Below the pieces are notes generated by a model, which had not been told where the DNA came from, did no database searches, and saw only the letters and a list, made by a program, of their open reading frames with translations. Shown here piece after piece: positions 42,384-55,507 of a stretch of 64,000 nucleotides of DNA (the first letter of the stretch is position 1; every line of letters starts with the position of its first letter). The position numbers and the translations under genes were made by a program. The stretch lies in NCBI GenBank assembly GCA_964016885.1, contig OZ024741.1:143592001-143656000 (forward strand), read 5' to 3'. Source of the stretch: Eledone cirrhosa. Taxonomy: Eukaryota.

Positions 42384-43198
42384 CAGCGGTTCCCAACCTT
42401 TTATAATAAATTCCACCTTAATGATACAGCAAAACAGTATTTCCCCCCCCCCCCCCCCCCAAAAAAAAAAATTTTAAATTTTTTATATATTTTTTTTATG
42501 TAGAAATAATTTCGGCATGTCTTTTATTTCAATCAAATCATTTAAAATTCATTATAAACTCTTTTTCGACAAAAAACATTAAAATAAGAACATATTATTT
42601 AATTTCAAAATACAAATTAATGAGATTTCTGATTTCCTTTTAAAAAAAGATTCATCTTTTCCAAGTAGTTCAGGGTGACATTTTGAAAGATGTAATTTGA
42701 GCTTAGGAAGGCCTCATAGTCATTTCCCAGTACCTTGAAACAAGTTGCACATCAATATTCTTCTTTTGCATGCAAACAAATCCCATTTGAAGATATGTAT
42801 CATCATACTTTCTTTTTTTCTGTTTTTCTGACATTGAGAAATTCACTAAAATAAATAAAAAAAAGTTTCTATATCCAGTTTTAAATGAGAAATTTACTAA
42901 AATAAATAATATATATCCTGTTCTAAAAATAAGTTTCTTTACTAAGTTTATTTACTAAAACAAATTGTTATATCCAGATTTAAATAATTATCAAGTGAAG
43001 TAAAATCATAATTAGCAAAGGTAGAAAGTTGACAAAGTTGAATATTAAAAATTTGAAGCAAGAAAAAGAAAAAAATTATCTTAGGAAACTACTCTTTTTT
43101 ATGTATGAAATTTTGTGATTTTTAGTTAATTCCCGTGGCTCCCCCATAACTCGCTATGGCCCACTGGTGGGCAATGGGCCCCTGGTTGGGAACCAATG
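42384..43198. mobile_element. Non-autonomous hAT (Charlie-type TIR) element in a TA tract
   Basis: TIRs CAGCGGTTCCCAACC / GGTTGGGAACCAATG, flanked by ATATATAT on both sides. Confidence 0.8.
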
Positions 43199-43214
43199 AT
43201 ATATATATATATAT

Positions 43215-44860
43215 CATCACCGTTTTACGTCCGTTCTTCCACGCTAGCATGGGTTAGACGGGTTGTCCTGTTGTGGACAGTGTCCAGTCGGCTGACCTTG
43301 TCTTGCTCATACAGGAACTGATTCTAGCTGGATTTCTACAACTGGATGCCCTTCCTAACACAAAAAAACCTCATTTACAGTGAGTGCTGGGTGCTTTTTT
43401 CCGTGGCGCCGGCACGCCCACTTTACAGTGTGGGCTGTGTGCTTTTTTGTAGTGGGAGGGGGTAGGGGAATATTGTCTTTATGCTTCAGCTTCAGCTTGT
43501 ACCCGTGGGAAGTCTGGTCTTCTGTATTACTGAGTGACATCAGAGGTCACAGTCATGTGTCATCGCCCTTGAGAGGTGCAATTGGATAAGGTTGGCTTTT
43601 ATCACCTCATCCTAGGTCTTCTTGGGTCTTCCCACTCCACGGCTTCCATCGACTTCTAGTGCTCTGCACCTTTTTATTCAGCTGTCATCCTTCATACGCA
43701 TCACATGTCCATACTAACTCAACCTCCTCTCCTGCACACAGCATTTGCTTCTTCTTGTGCTCAGTCTCTCTCTCAATTCGTTTATGTTTTGCTGTTCATG
43801 TATGTTACTATTACACATCCATCGGAGCATGCAAGCTTCGTTTCTTTCTAATCTGCGCAAGTCTTCTACAGACAGCGCCCAGGTCTCACTACCATGTAAC
43901 ATTGCTGTTCATATACACGCATCATACAGTCTGCCTTTCATTTCGAGTGAAAAGCCTTTTGCAGCTAGCAGTGGCAGTAGCTCTCTGAACTTCAACCATC
44001 CCATTCTTACCCAAGTTATTGTACTTTAACACCCACCTCCGCTGCTAATTCGGTCAGCTAGGTAGCAGAAGCTGTCTACTGTTTCTACAGAGCCCTCCCA
44101 GAGTTTGGTGGTGTTTGTTTCCTGTGGCTGTTTACTGCTTGCTGTTCCAGCGCAGCTGCTACATATGAAGCCTACATTCTTAGTTAAGCTTCCTGAGATC
44201 CCACTACATCTCTTGTGTACCCATTGTTTGCATTTGGGACAGAGGATGGAGTTCCTACATACTGAGCAAGGCCGTTTCCCTGAGGATATCTGGGTTCTGT
44301 TTTCTCGTCTACTTACAAGGACCTTAGTCTTTGTCAGGTTGACTTTGAAACCCTTTCTTTCTAGTCCCTGTTTCTATGTTTGAATTTCTTCTCTAGGTCC
44401 ACCATAGATTCAGCTATAAGTGCAAGATCATCCGCATATAGGAGTTCCCATGGGCATCTTGTCTTAACAGAGAGGGCTAAGAACAGAGCCCTGGTGGGCA
44501 CCGACCTGTATGCTAAATTCCTCGCTATAGTTATTGCTAACCCTAATTTTGCTGACTGCTCCTCTATACATGGCTTTTACAGCTTTCACAAGCCATTCAT
44601 CTATTCCTATTTTCTAAGAGCCCACCAGATTATAGCACGGAGAACCCTGTCGAAGGCTTTTTCCAGATCGACGAATGTCAGGTAGAGCGGCTTACTTTTA
44701 GCTAGGTACTTTTCCTGTAACTGACTCACAAGGAAGAAGGCATCAGTCAGTGGTGCCTTTTCCTGGTACAAACCTAAATTGCATCTCATCTAGTTTTACC
44801 CGATCCCTAATCAACTGTGCTATAACTCTTTCCGTTACTTTCATGACCTGGTCCATCAGC
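43215..44860 (-). mobile_element. 5'-truncated RTE-clade LINE
   Basis: QLQEKYLAKSKPLYLTFVDLEKAFDRV (ORF 44607..44789) and MLHGSETWAL..RRLERNEACMLRWMC; 3' UTR with AGGAAGGGCATCCAG and a GAT tail. Confidence 0.9.
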
Positions 44861-44881
44861 TTTATCTATATATATATATAT

Positions 44882-45740
44882 ATATGAAAAAATGGCGTGC
44901 TGCGTGGTTGCAAATGGGTTACATATGAATAAAATTAGTCCTTCATCGGTGATCTTCCAGCCTTCATTGGTATTTCATCGCTTTAAAGATCATATACCTC
45001 TGGTTGGTGCGAGCAACGGCTAAAGAAAGTCGTTGGGACACGTAAAATAGGGTGAAACGAGCGAGACATGTAAACAAACAAAGATAGTAATGCAACGAAA
45101 AGTGAGGAAGAAGGAGTCAAGTCCCTGAAATCGATGAACATAAGTTCTGTGAAATCGTAGACGAGAGATAAAGCGATGAAATACCAATGAAGGCTGGAAG
45201 ATCACTGATGAAGGACTAATTTTATTCATATGTAACCCATTTGCAACCATGCAGCACGCCATTTTTTCATATATTTATATATTTTCCTCCTTTCTCTGTA
45301 TCTCTCACTTTCGTTTTACCCCCTCTGCCAGTCACTCTCTCAGTTAGCCTCTTCCTCACACTTTCACTCACTCACTCTCTGCTACTCCCCCTCCATCACT
45401 TCCTCCCATTTGACCTGGGTGAAGTGTGAGCGAGAAAAGGATTTGACCTGTGTGAAATCCTTTTCTCGCTCACACTTCACCCAGGTTGGATGGTCTTTAT
45501 CTCTCGTCTACGATTTCACAGAACTTATGTTCATCGATTTCAGGGACTTGACTCCTTCTTCCTCACTTTTCGTTGCATTACCATCTTTATTTGTTTACAT
45601 GTCTTGCTCGTTTCACCCTATTTTACGTGTCCCAACGACTTTCTTTAGCCGTTGCTCGCACCAACCAGAGTTATATGATCTTTAAAGCGATGAAATACCA
45701 ATGAAGGCTGGAAGATCACTGATGAAGGACTAATTTTATT
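44882..45740. repeat. Nested inverted-repeat (fold-back) structure
   Basis: 44882-44983 is inverted at 45171-45272; 44928-45174 is inverted at ~45495-45740; a perfect 32-bp hairpin is formed by 45413-45444 and 45455-45486. Confidence 0.92.
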
Positions 45741-47264
45741 TATATATATATATATGTATGTATAGGTGTGTGTGTTAGGTAATTCTGAAGGAAAAGGAAA
45801 GGAAAAAGAGTGCTCTATATATAGAACAGAGCTATTTAATTAGAAAGTGAACACAAAATATAACTACTCCATTACCAAAGGTTTCTGGATCCCAGACAAT
45901 AATAATATACGTCTTGATCGGTTGTCAGACATAGATGTTATATTTTGTGTTGTTCACTTTCTAATTAAATATATCTATATATATATATATATCATCGTTT
46001 TAATGTCCGCTTTTCCTGCTAACAAGGATTGTCTATATATATATATAACGTTAGAACTCAATGTATCTATCCTAGAAAGGATAATTGCGGTGAGAATCGG
46101 CAGTGTGACTGGTAGTTCTTGTGGTAGGTGATCACCGCCTGTTCAAACACACACACACACATAGACAGTAGAAGTGTGATAGCATTGTGTATAATAGGGG
46201 TGTGTATGAAAGCATATGCTATATGTTTATATGCAATAAACACACGAGAGCCTCACTATCAAAAGGAAAATTACTCGGTGAAACATGTCAGTAGCCGTTG
46301 AGGATGCCAGACAACTGTTTCAAGATTACTGAAGATGCCACATAATAGAATTGATCTGAAGACACGATTTCATGATTGCAAATAAAACCTTGTAGTGATG
46401 GGAGTCACCATTATGTAGTGAATAGATGTATTCTTTGCAGGATGAATGCAAAAATTGTGATGTTGACAATGTTTATTTTATAATAATAAAATTCACTTGT
46501 TGGTACATCGAATATCGAGTAATAAAATCGTGACAGCAATTATCACTACATTAATTTTCTTACTAGCTACTTCGAGCTAGCATGAATGCATGCATCAAAT
46601 AAAACGATACAGTAGAAGTTGTGTTATATTTTTCAGTTGTAGAGAAATGATAAGGAAGGTTAAAGGATAGATAAGTGTAGAAGGGAACAATATAAGGAAA
46701 CCTACTGTGTGTGTGTGTGTTTATCCTTAGCATATGTTGTTCCTGTAGTTGGTCAATCTGTCGAGCTTGGTAGTTGTACGAGAATAGTAGGTAGAAGACT
46801 GTATTCATGAAGAGAAAATCATAGTGTTAGTAGAACGTTCTTCTGTAGTTTGTTTTATCACTATCTCTGCTGGTGTAGTCTGTGGCCGAGAAGGTGAGAG
46901 CCTGTAAGACCAGGAGACAGAGTAAAAGGTCTGTAGAAAGCGAATGTTTTACATCGTTATTCTGTCAAGGACTGCTGCTCCGTACTCTCTGGTTTGGTTC
47001 TAAAAGCGATTGTATTTATAACAATACTATAGCTAGCTGGCTGTGTATATGGTTTGATTTAGTAGTAGCCATGTGTGTTTCGTCTGTCAAGTGTCTGGGG
47101 TCACAGGTCAAGTGGTATATACATTTTAGAGGCGAGAAATTTTGTATTCGATTTTGAATCTTCGCCAGGTAAAACAGTCAAATTCTGTTTCAACCTCTTT
47201 TTTTTTTCTTTTTCTTTTTCTTCAACACTTTAAATTATTCTCTATACTATGAACTTATGATAAT

Positions 47265-47452
47265 TGTTTCTACTTTTGGCACAAGGCCAGCAATTACCCA
47301 GTGTATGACTGGTACTTTATTTTATCGATCCTGTAAGGATAAAAGGCAAAGTTAACCTCGGCGGGATTTGAACTCAGAATGGCAAGGACCGTAACTCTAT
47401 GCATCAAAGCATGACGTCCAACCCTCTGCCGATACTGCCAATCCACCGCTCT
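47265..47452 (-). mobile_element. Full-length tRNA-SINE with 17-bp TSD
   Basis: TSD TATGAACTTATGATAAT at 47248-47264 and 47453-47469; an older + strand copy follows at ~47470-47670. Confidence 0.92.
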
Positions 47453-47726
47453 TATGAACTTATGATAATAATGGATTGGTAGAGCATTGGATAAAATGCC
47501 ATTGCAATGTTCTGGCTCTCAATATTCTGAGTTCAAATCCTGGCATGGCCAACTTTGCTTCTCATCTTTCTGGGATTGATAAAATAAACTACCAATCAAG
47601 TAATGGGGTTGATTTAATCAACTTTGCTCTTCCTCCAAATTTGCTGGCCTTGTGCCCTCCTTAGAAACCAATATTATGAACCTAATTAAGATATGTTGAT
47701 TTATTTTTCCCTCTGTTTCTTTTCAG

Positions 47727-47789
47727 CTGTCCAAAACAATTGTAGATAAAGCTTTCCAAGTTGGAATCAATTTCTTTGACACTGCTGAG
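47727..47789 (+). CDS. AKR exon 2
   Basis: Pyrimidine tract plus TTTCAG acceptor; LSKTIVDKAFQVGINFFDTAE includes the catalytic Asp motif (FFDTA); donor GTAAGC, phase 0. Confidence 0.95.
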
Positions 47790-49659
47790 GTAAGCAGACT
47801 TGTTATAATTTAGAGGACACTAACCTGCAACTAGTGTTTCCCTATCTCTCTGGTCATGCTCAACTCCTACATACAAGTGTGGAAAATAGGATACATTTCT
47901 AATCCCCCCCGCCCCTTCCCATAACGCTGCTGCCATAACAAAAAGCATTTTGTCTACGCCTCCAACAGTCTTAACACTTCACCCTTCACTAGCTAAGTAT
48001 CCCGTGTTAAATTTACCTCCCCAATCCTTATCTGGTATACATTTGTATATCAGACAATGTGACAAGTTCAAAATGCCTCTAGAAATAGTTCACAGTATAA
48101 ATCAGCTTCCAACTCAACATTTAAAGAGTCCTTGATATATAAATATTTACCTTGATAGTTGATCTGTGCATGCATGTAAATTTTTGCACCATGCTGGATC
48201 GGTTAGGATGAACTCCATTTACTAACAGGTTTATATTTTTATCTTTTCATACCTTAAAAGAATCCCTCTGTTGAAAGAATCTTCTTGCAGTATGGATTGT
48301 CTTAATCTATTGAGATGGTCAGTGCTGTTTCTTGGTTCTGGAAACTGCAGTAAGAGGATGTAGTGAAGCTTTTTAGGTTACGTTGCTAAGAATCTATCCC
48401 ATAGGCAAAGATGCTTGTGAAGTTTTCTTGTTTTAGATTACTTTACTAGGAATCCACTCGTCGGTTACTGTGTATAAGTAATTATATATGTGTATATATT
48501 ATATATATGACAAAGTTATATCTGTATATGTACAGAGTGGGTAACCATGACTGTGCCAATGTGTACATAAATGTGTATACACATTTTTCATATGCAGACC
48601 TGGAAACATGCGAAAAAATACAAATTCCCTTGTAAATTGAAAAAAATGATAAACACATTTAATCGATTTTTGGACCTAGTTGGGTCTTCATCAGAAGGTG
48701 TGCATATCATCTAAATAACCATTCGCGCATAGTAGTATTCTGAAATGGACATACTAAGTTGCTTATAATTACCCTTTATGTTGGTAGTTAATTGAGATAT
48801 ATCTTGTATATGTCTGTGTATTTGTATGCGTACTTTTAATGTCTTCTTGAGGGTGGTGGATTGGCAGAATCGGTAAAGTGTCAGACAAACTGTTTTGTAG
48901 TATTTAGTTACAACTTTCTATATTCTGACTTCAAATCCCACCGAGGTCAACTTTGCTTTTCATCTTTCCAAGGTTGATAGTCATGTACTGGGGTTGATAT
49001 AATTGATTCACTCCCCCTTCTCTAATTTCTAGCCTTGTGTCTGTGTTAAAAACTAGTACATCTTCCTTTAGTGCAAGGAGTTCTGAAACATGTGGTCCTC
49101 AGGCTACATGTTTACCACAAACTACTTTTCTATGGCCTGCAGCAGAACAGTTTTCATGACTAATATTTTCTTAAAACTTGTTAATTTGTCCCTTGCTTGT
49201 TCCAAACTCTAGCCGCAGCAGCAGTATTAAGCTTGACATGCCAACCTAATGCAGGGTCAATTTTAAGATCAGTCAGGGTTTGACCATGTTTCTCCACAGG
49301 GGATTTACCAAAAGTAAAAACGGAATTAAGGAAAATTTGTCCCCCTATATTTTGTACTAATATATGTATCCCACTTACAATCATATGCATATTCATTTTG
49401 ATGAAAAACAAAGAAGAAAAGTAGCCTATCAGCTGTATTGCAGGTTAGCATTACAACTTGTTGGAATCCCCCTCCTTCTCACCTTTGGCTCATTGGGCCT
49501 CTTCCCCAAGCAGAGGTGGAACTAGCACCTGTGGTAAGCAGTGAAATTGTGCCTCTGCCAAACATCTAACACCCATCTTTCAGATAACCATAAAATCAGC
49601 TCAAAATTACCAATCATGTTTGTTAATTTTTTAATTGAAAACAATACATGAAAATTACT

Positions 49660-50750
49660 ATTGCGTCTTTCTTGGTTTTACTGATAAAAATTTGTCTATG
49701 ATGTAGCCAAAGTTAGTTTTTTGAGTTTCTTCTCTTTTTACACTAAGAAGAGCAAGATCACAGTCTGACTTGATCCATGGAGGATCTCAAATAAGAGAGT
49801 ATCAGTTCAACTTACTGAATGATCTCTCACAGCTGGTGATGGAAACTGTGATGGTTAGCATTATTTGAATAGCAATATGAAGATTTGGGAAAAATGCTGC
49901 CATCTCCATATTAAACAATAAATTCAAGAAGTTCTTGAGGTCTTGATATTTTGACATTGGCCTGACTTGATAGTAATATTCTGCAATCTAAAATTCCTTC
50001 ATGTAGCTGCCCTCCATCAACATCAGAGCTGTAAAATTCTGCCAAATTTTCTCACTTCTTTACATCATTGTCAGCAACAGTGCCACAACACAGTTCTTTG
50101 ACATTGAGAAGGAACCCAAATTTGGCGTTGGTGTTGTGCAATCCAAGACGGTGAAGTGTTCCCTTCATGACTCTTTCCATTTCTTCCTTAGCTGTTAACC
50201 CAGCATTTATCATGTTCTCATCAGACATTCCTTTCTTCTGTGTATGACATCTTTCAACTTCAACATTCCAGTTATGTCAGAGACCGGATCCTTCTTTAAG
50301 TGATTTACTGACCAAAGTTTCTCTATCATCATCAAAATGATCTCGGAGGGCTTTCAAATCTAGGGCAGCGTCATGGAAGTTCATGCTAGGATCCTGCAAC
50401 CTTTTTTGAACGCTGTCAATGAGAATGAGTATTTTGTTCTAGAATCCAAGCAAAGTCAGGAAATTGTACTTCACCATACAGTTTTATAGATGACTTACAT
50501 CACGTCTTGTTTCACTGGTCTCATTTTTATTGTCCAAAACCAAGGAAGGTTTCTCTAACATGAACTGTTTTTCTCTCAAAATCAACTTCCACATACCTCA
50601 CTACTTCTGAAATCTGTTCATGGTATGCTTGGTTAGTAGTAGTCAAACATGAGACCATAGTATTTGGTCTTACAAATGCTTTTCAGTAAACTATGGCAAA
50701 CAGTGGATGAATTCGTTCTAGACTACCGGTGAAAGATAAGATGCATATCC
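49660..50750 (-). mobile_element. hAT transposase remnant in AKR intron 2
   Basis: Minus strand reads FPNLHIAIQIMLTITVSITSCERSFSKL..ILSYLRSSM.Q.RL, the hAT C-terminal dimerisation motif; frameshifted. Confidence 0.8.
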
Positions 50751-50875
50751 AGAATGGCTCTTTTGAGTCCTTGAGTTTCAGACCTCCACTCTAGTGTATG
50801 GATTCATGAATGCATTTTATTTGTCTTTCTTTTGAGTTGTTAATCATTTGTCATTTTTTTCACCCTCTGAACCAG

Positions 50876-51061
50876 GCATACCCCTCTGCCGAAGGTGTCC
50901 TCGGAAAATGTCTTGAAGGTAGACGCCATAATGCTGTGTTGGCAACGAAGTATGGATTCCGCTCAATAGGTCCTGGTGAAAGCTATACACCTGAAGCTAT
51001 CGATGCTGCCATTACGACCTCCCTACAAAGCTTAAAAACCAATTACATTGATATTTATCAG
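50876..51061 (+). CDS. AKR exon 3
   Basis: CCAG acceptor; AYPSAEGVLGKCLEGRRHNAVLATKYG...SLQSLKTNYIDIYQ includes the catalytic Tyr and Lys; donor GTAAGT, phase 0. Confidence 0.95.
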
Positions 51062-51369
51062 GTAAGTTATAAGATAAAGTGGTGATGATGGTTATGTTAA
51101 AGACCCACCCTCATGCAGGGATACGGTGTACTTATTCATCACTGTTTAACGTCTATTTTCCATGGTTCCATAAATTAGACAGGCTGTTACGTTATGAGGC
51201 CAGAGGAGTTTCTTGCATATAAAATTCATTTTAGGAGTACTGATCCTAAACCAAATATGAAAAAAACAAATTTATTTATTCATTAAGAATCTAATTATAT
51301 ATCAGAAGGGAGGTAGATGTAAAATCCAAACTCACTATCTTCGGTATTCATGCCAAACATGGTCATTTC

Positions 51370-51830
51370 ACAAGATTCATAACTATCTGTTTCTATGGAA
51401 CCTTCCAAGAATTTGATAGCACTTCCTGTGAACGTTTGTGGAACAGCCTCATGTAGAATCTATATTCTTAACTAATCTACCTGAGATCCTACTACATATC
51501 TTGTGTATCCATAGCTTACATTTAGGTCAGAGGACGGAATTTCTACCCATCCCTACACATTGTGTAGGGCCATTTCCCTGAGGGGGTCTGGGCCTTGTTA
51601 GCCTTTCTACTTACTAAGACTTTATTCTTTGCCAAGTTGACTTTAAGACCTTTTGATTCAAGGTGGTGTTTCCAGATCAGGAGTTTTTTCTCTAGTTCGG
51701 TCATAATTTCAGCTATGACAGTTAAATCATCAGCATGCAGAAGTTCCCATGGGTATCCTGTTTTAAACTCTTTTTCTATAGCCTAGCGGATAATAAACAG
51801 GAGAGGGCCAAAGACAGAGCCTTGGTGGAT
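51370..51830 (-). mobile_element. RTE-clade LINE internal fragment
   Basis: IHQGSVFGPLLFII, GYPWELLHADDL and KGLKVNLAK remnants. Confidence 0.8.
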
Positions 51831-52698
51831 ACATATATTATATATATAGTCCACACTGTAAATGTGGTTGGTGTTAGGAAGGGCATCCAGCTGTAAAAGA
51901 ACCTGCCAGAGACGCTTCTGTGCGAGCGAGACATGGTCTCCTGACCATTCCCACATCAAATGGAACAAAACCGTCTAACCCATGCTAGCGTGAAAGATGG
52001 ACGTTAAACGATGATGATGATATATATATATATCTGACTGTTCTTCAAACTTACAATTTTATATAGCTCTGATTAATAATTATTTGCTTAATTAATTTTT
52101 TCATTGAGCCACACTGTGGAAGGTAGCCACACTCATATATGTATCTGACTATGTCTAAATATATACATATATATCCTTATGAATTTATTCTTTACTCTTG
52201 TTCGGTTGAGTAAACCTTAGGCGGTAACTAACTGCTCCTTCTAGCAGCCAACCTACCTGCCATCCAGCCTACCCTTTACACCTTCTACTTTGACCGCTGG
52301 CCACGTGATAATCTTACCCATTTTGAATTCATTTCTGGTGGCAATCACTGTAGAAATTTTAGTCCTCTTGAAGCTCGAAGCCTCCTGGATAATACCAGGA
52401 TTGGACATGCCCACAAAGTACGAATGAAACTATCGATAGTTTATATACATTTTTTCTTCAAACTTGCATTTTAGACTTAGCACCGTTTAATTGATTATTT
52501 GTCTAGTTAATTTATACGGGCTAAGAAGAAAGACTGGGTAAATTTTATCTGGCTGTTCCTTGTGTGGATAGTCTGTGTCATTTATCTGTTATTTCTTTGA
52601 AGTTACATTTTAAACTTAGCTCCGTTTAAATGACTATTTATCTAGTTAATTTCTACGGACTAAGAAGAAAAATTGGATATATTTTATCTGACTGTTCT

Positions 52699-53088
52699 TC
52701 AAACTTATATTTTTATATATATATATATATACATACATATATCATTATCATGATATATATATATATATTTGTATGTTAGTGTCACAAAACCTCCAGCCAA
52801 CTGTAAATGTGGTTGCCATTAAGAAAGGCATCCAGCCGTAGAAAACCAGCCAGAAACAGTCCTATATGAGCATGACATGGTCACCCGGCCTCAAACTTAT
52901 ATTTTTATATATATATATATATATACATACATATATCATTATCATGATATATATATATATATATATTTGTATGTTAGTGTCACAAAACCTCCAGCCAACT
53001 GTAAATGTGGTTGCCATTAAGAAAGGCATCCAGCCGTAGAAAACCAGCCAGAAACAGTCCTATATGAGCATGACATGGTCACCCGGCC
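52699..53088 (+). repeat. ~195-bp tandem duplication
   Basis: 52699-52890 is repeated at 52891-53088, differing only in TA run length. Confidence 0.9.
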
Positions 53089-53194
53089 CAACTTGCCTCT
53101 AAATGGGACAAACCCGTCTAACTCATGTTAGTGTGGAAGATAGACGTTAAACATTGATGATTATATATATATATAGATTGTGTTATTTCTGTTT

Positions 53195-53581
53195 ACCTTT
53201 TACATACATTACACCTCTCAAAGGCAATGACACACGACCGCGACCTCTGGCGTCGCGCAGTAATACAGAGTACCCGACCTCCCATGAGTACAAGCTGAAG
53301 CATATAGACAATATGCCCCCACACCCCCCACCGCAAGGTGGTCGTGGAGGTGCCACGGCAAAAAAGCACCCAGCCCACACTGTAAAGTGGACGTGTAGCA
53401 CCCAGCACTCACTGTAAATGAGGTTGGTGTTAGGAAGGGCATCCAGTTGTAGAAATCAAGCCAAATCAGTTCCTGTATGAGCAAGGCATGGTCAGCCGAC
53501 CAGACACTGCCCACAACAGGACAACCCGTCTAACCCATGCTAGCGTGGAAGAACGGACGTAAAACGATGATGATGATGATA
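53195..53581 (+). mobile_element. RTE 3' UTR fragment with (GAT)n tail
   Basis: Inverted homolog of 43215-43600. Confidence 0.8.
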
Positions 53582-53583
53582 CA

Positions 53584-53614
<31 letters not shown>

Positions 53615-54444
53615 CTGCCCCATGCAGTTTTATTTGTTTGGAGTGACTTCCCTCCTAGACATGCTGTCCTTTCCCTATGGCTTGCAGAGTTCATGTCAAC
53701 CTTGTGCAGTGTTATGAGTTTAAGAAAGTGGCAGATAGGAAGGTAGTAGATGGCCAATGAAAGAGGGGGTAACGGGGTGGATAGGGAAGTGGATTGTTGG
53801 AAGGTGGTGGAAAGGAAATGAAAGAGTGGATTATGTTGGCAATCATGCTGCATGCTGTGTAAACTCTTATAAAAATGATAATACTATTGATCAATATGAT
53901 TAGGAATGAAGAAAGTAAAATAAAAAATGGAAATTACATACTTGATTTTAGTAGGATCTAAATAAGAACTGTCAGTCAGTCAGACTGAGAAGACATATGT
54001 ATCCCAGGTTTTAGAATTGATACAGCTTATTCCTGTTTGTCATAAGCGGCAACTAAAAGTTTGGAATCAGGAAGGGCATCTAGCTATAAAACATTGTTTT
54101 AAAATATCCTGTCAAACCCATGCCAGCATGGAAAAGTTGATGTAAAAATGATATCTTATCTACTTCCTTTAATTTTCTTTGAAAATTTGAAAGCCTTGAA
54201 ATATAAACAGATGTCTCCCATTACAATCCATACCTCTCTGTGCTAGGAAATTCTTAATGAAATAGTGTTTTATTAGAAGGCTACTACATTGCAAATGGGA
54301 CATTACAAGTTAAAAATATGTTGGTAACAAAGATGTTAAGGTGTTACATTACAGCTGTTTAATCGACCTTGTATTTCAGGATGATAATACATCAAAAGTT
54401 TAATTCAAGAAACTAATTTGGAGCAGGATATCTTGTGTTGCTCC

Positions 54445-54985
54445 TAACCCTTTAGCATTTAAACCGGCCATATCCAGCCAGAATTCTCTCACATCTTTCT
54501 GTTCAAACCAATTGTAACTGGCTGCTCATACTTATGTTGGGTATTCTTAAAATAAATAATATCAAAATCTCATAGATTTGATATTATGTGAGATAAAGTG
54601 TTTACTTTTTTTTTTGTTTTAGTCTCATTCATTCTCAGCCTCACACTCATCGATACAGTCTCAACCTCCTGCATCTGACTGAGGTTAGCTGGACATGCTC
54701 ACCGACATCCAGAGTTGACATTGTACTCAGTGCTCCTGTGGGAGCCCCTACATGGACACACTGGAAGAGGAAGACCAAGGTTAACGTATGTTGATGCCCT
54801 AAGGACAGACACTGGTCTGTTGGAGACGCAGGACATGGCAGCGATAATGAGGGACAGAGACCGCTGGAGAGAACTCGTCCATGGATCTCGGGAATTTTAC
54901 TCGCCCTAGAAAAAAAGTGTTTACTGTGAAAATATATAGAGTATATATGTGTATATATAGAGTAATGTAAATGCTAAAGGTTTAA
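54445..54985. mobile_element. MITE (AACCCTTTAGCATTTA...TAAATGCTAAAGGTT termini) with a nested retro-insertion
   Basis: Terminal inverted repeats; the internal insertion 54607-54913 is bounded by TSD AAAGTGTTTACT. Confidence 0.7.
54675..54913 (+). mobile_element. RTE-group (RTE-X-like) LINE 3' fragment
   Basis: LRLAGHAHRHPE...VLLWEP.HG..GRGRPRLTYVD.LR.DTG...MRDRDRWR, followed by an A tail. Confidence 0.8.
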
Positions 54986-55204
54986 GCTACCATTTTTTTC
55001 ATTTGAAAGTGGTGGCTTTTTTTTCCGACACTGGAAATGGTTAATAGATCACATAGCATGTGATCTAAGCTAAGGTTGCATTTATTTTTGAAGTGAAATG
55101 AGGTGTAGTAGCAGGTATGTCCATGTTAGCCATTGGGTGTTGAGTTCTAGTCTGTTGATGATTTATAAAATGTTTGTTCTGTATTGTTTATTTTGTCTGC
55201 ATAG

Positions 55205-55363
55205 ATCCACTGGCCAAATATGGTATCTGACTACACTGCTACTGTGGAGGAATTGAAGAGACAGGTGGCAAAAGGAAGAATACATTATTATGGTGTCAGT
55301 AACTTTGGACCGAAAAACATGAAAAGTATACTGGAAGCTGGTGGTCAACCAATTTCTAACCAG
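55205..55363 (+). CDS. AKR exon 4
   Basis: CATAG acceptor; IHWPNMVSDYTATVEELKRQVAKGRIHYYGVSNFGPKNMKSILEAGGQPISNQ includes the catalytic His (HWP) and the GVSNF motif; donor GTATAT, phase 0. Confidence 0.95.
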
Positions 55364-55507
55364 GTATATTTGAAATGATGGTGATGATGATGCACCACAA
55401 CACATCAATACACACATACATATACACCAACATATACACACACACACACATGCATACACTTATGTGCACACTCACCCACATACTCATACATTTACCTGCA
55501 CACCCAC

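Noticed and set aside
46461-47227. Solo LTR (TGTTGA...TCAACA, with minus-strand TATA and AATAAA)
   Set aside because: No matching target-site duplication and no second copy in the window; unproven.
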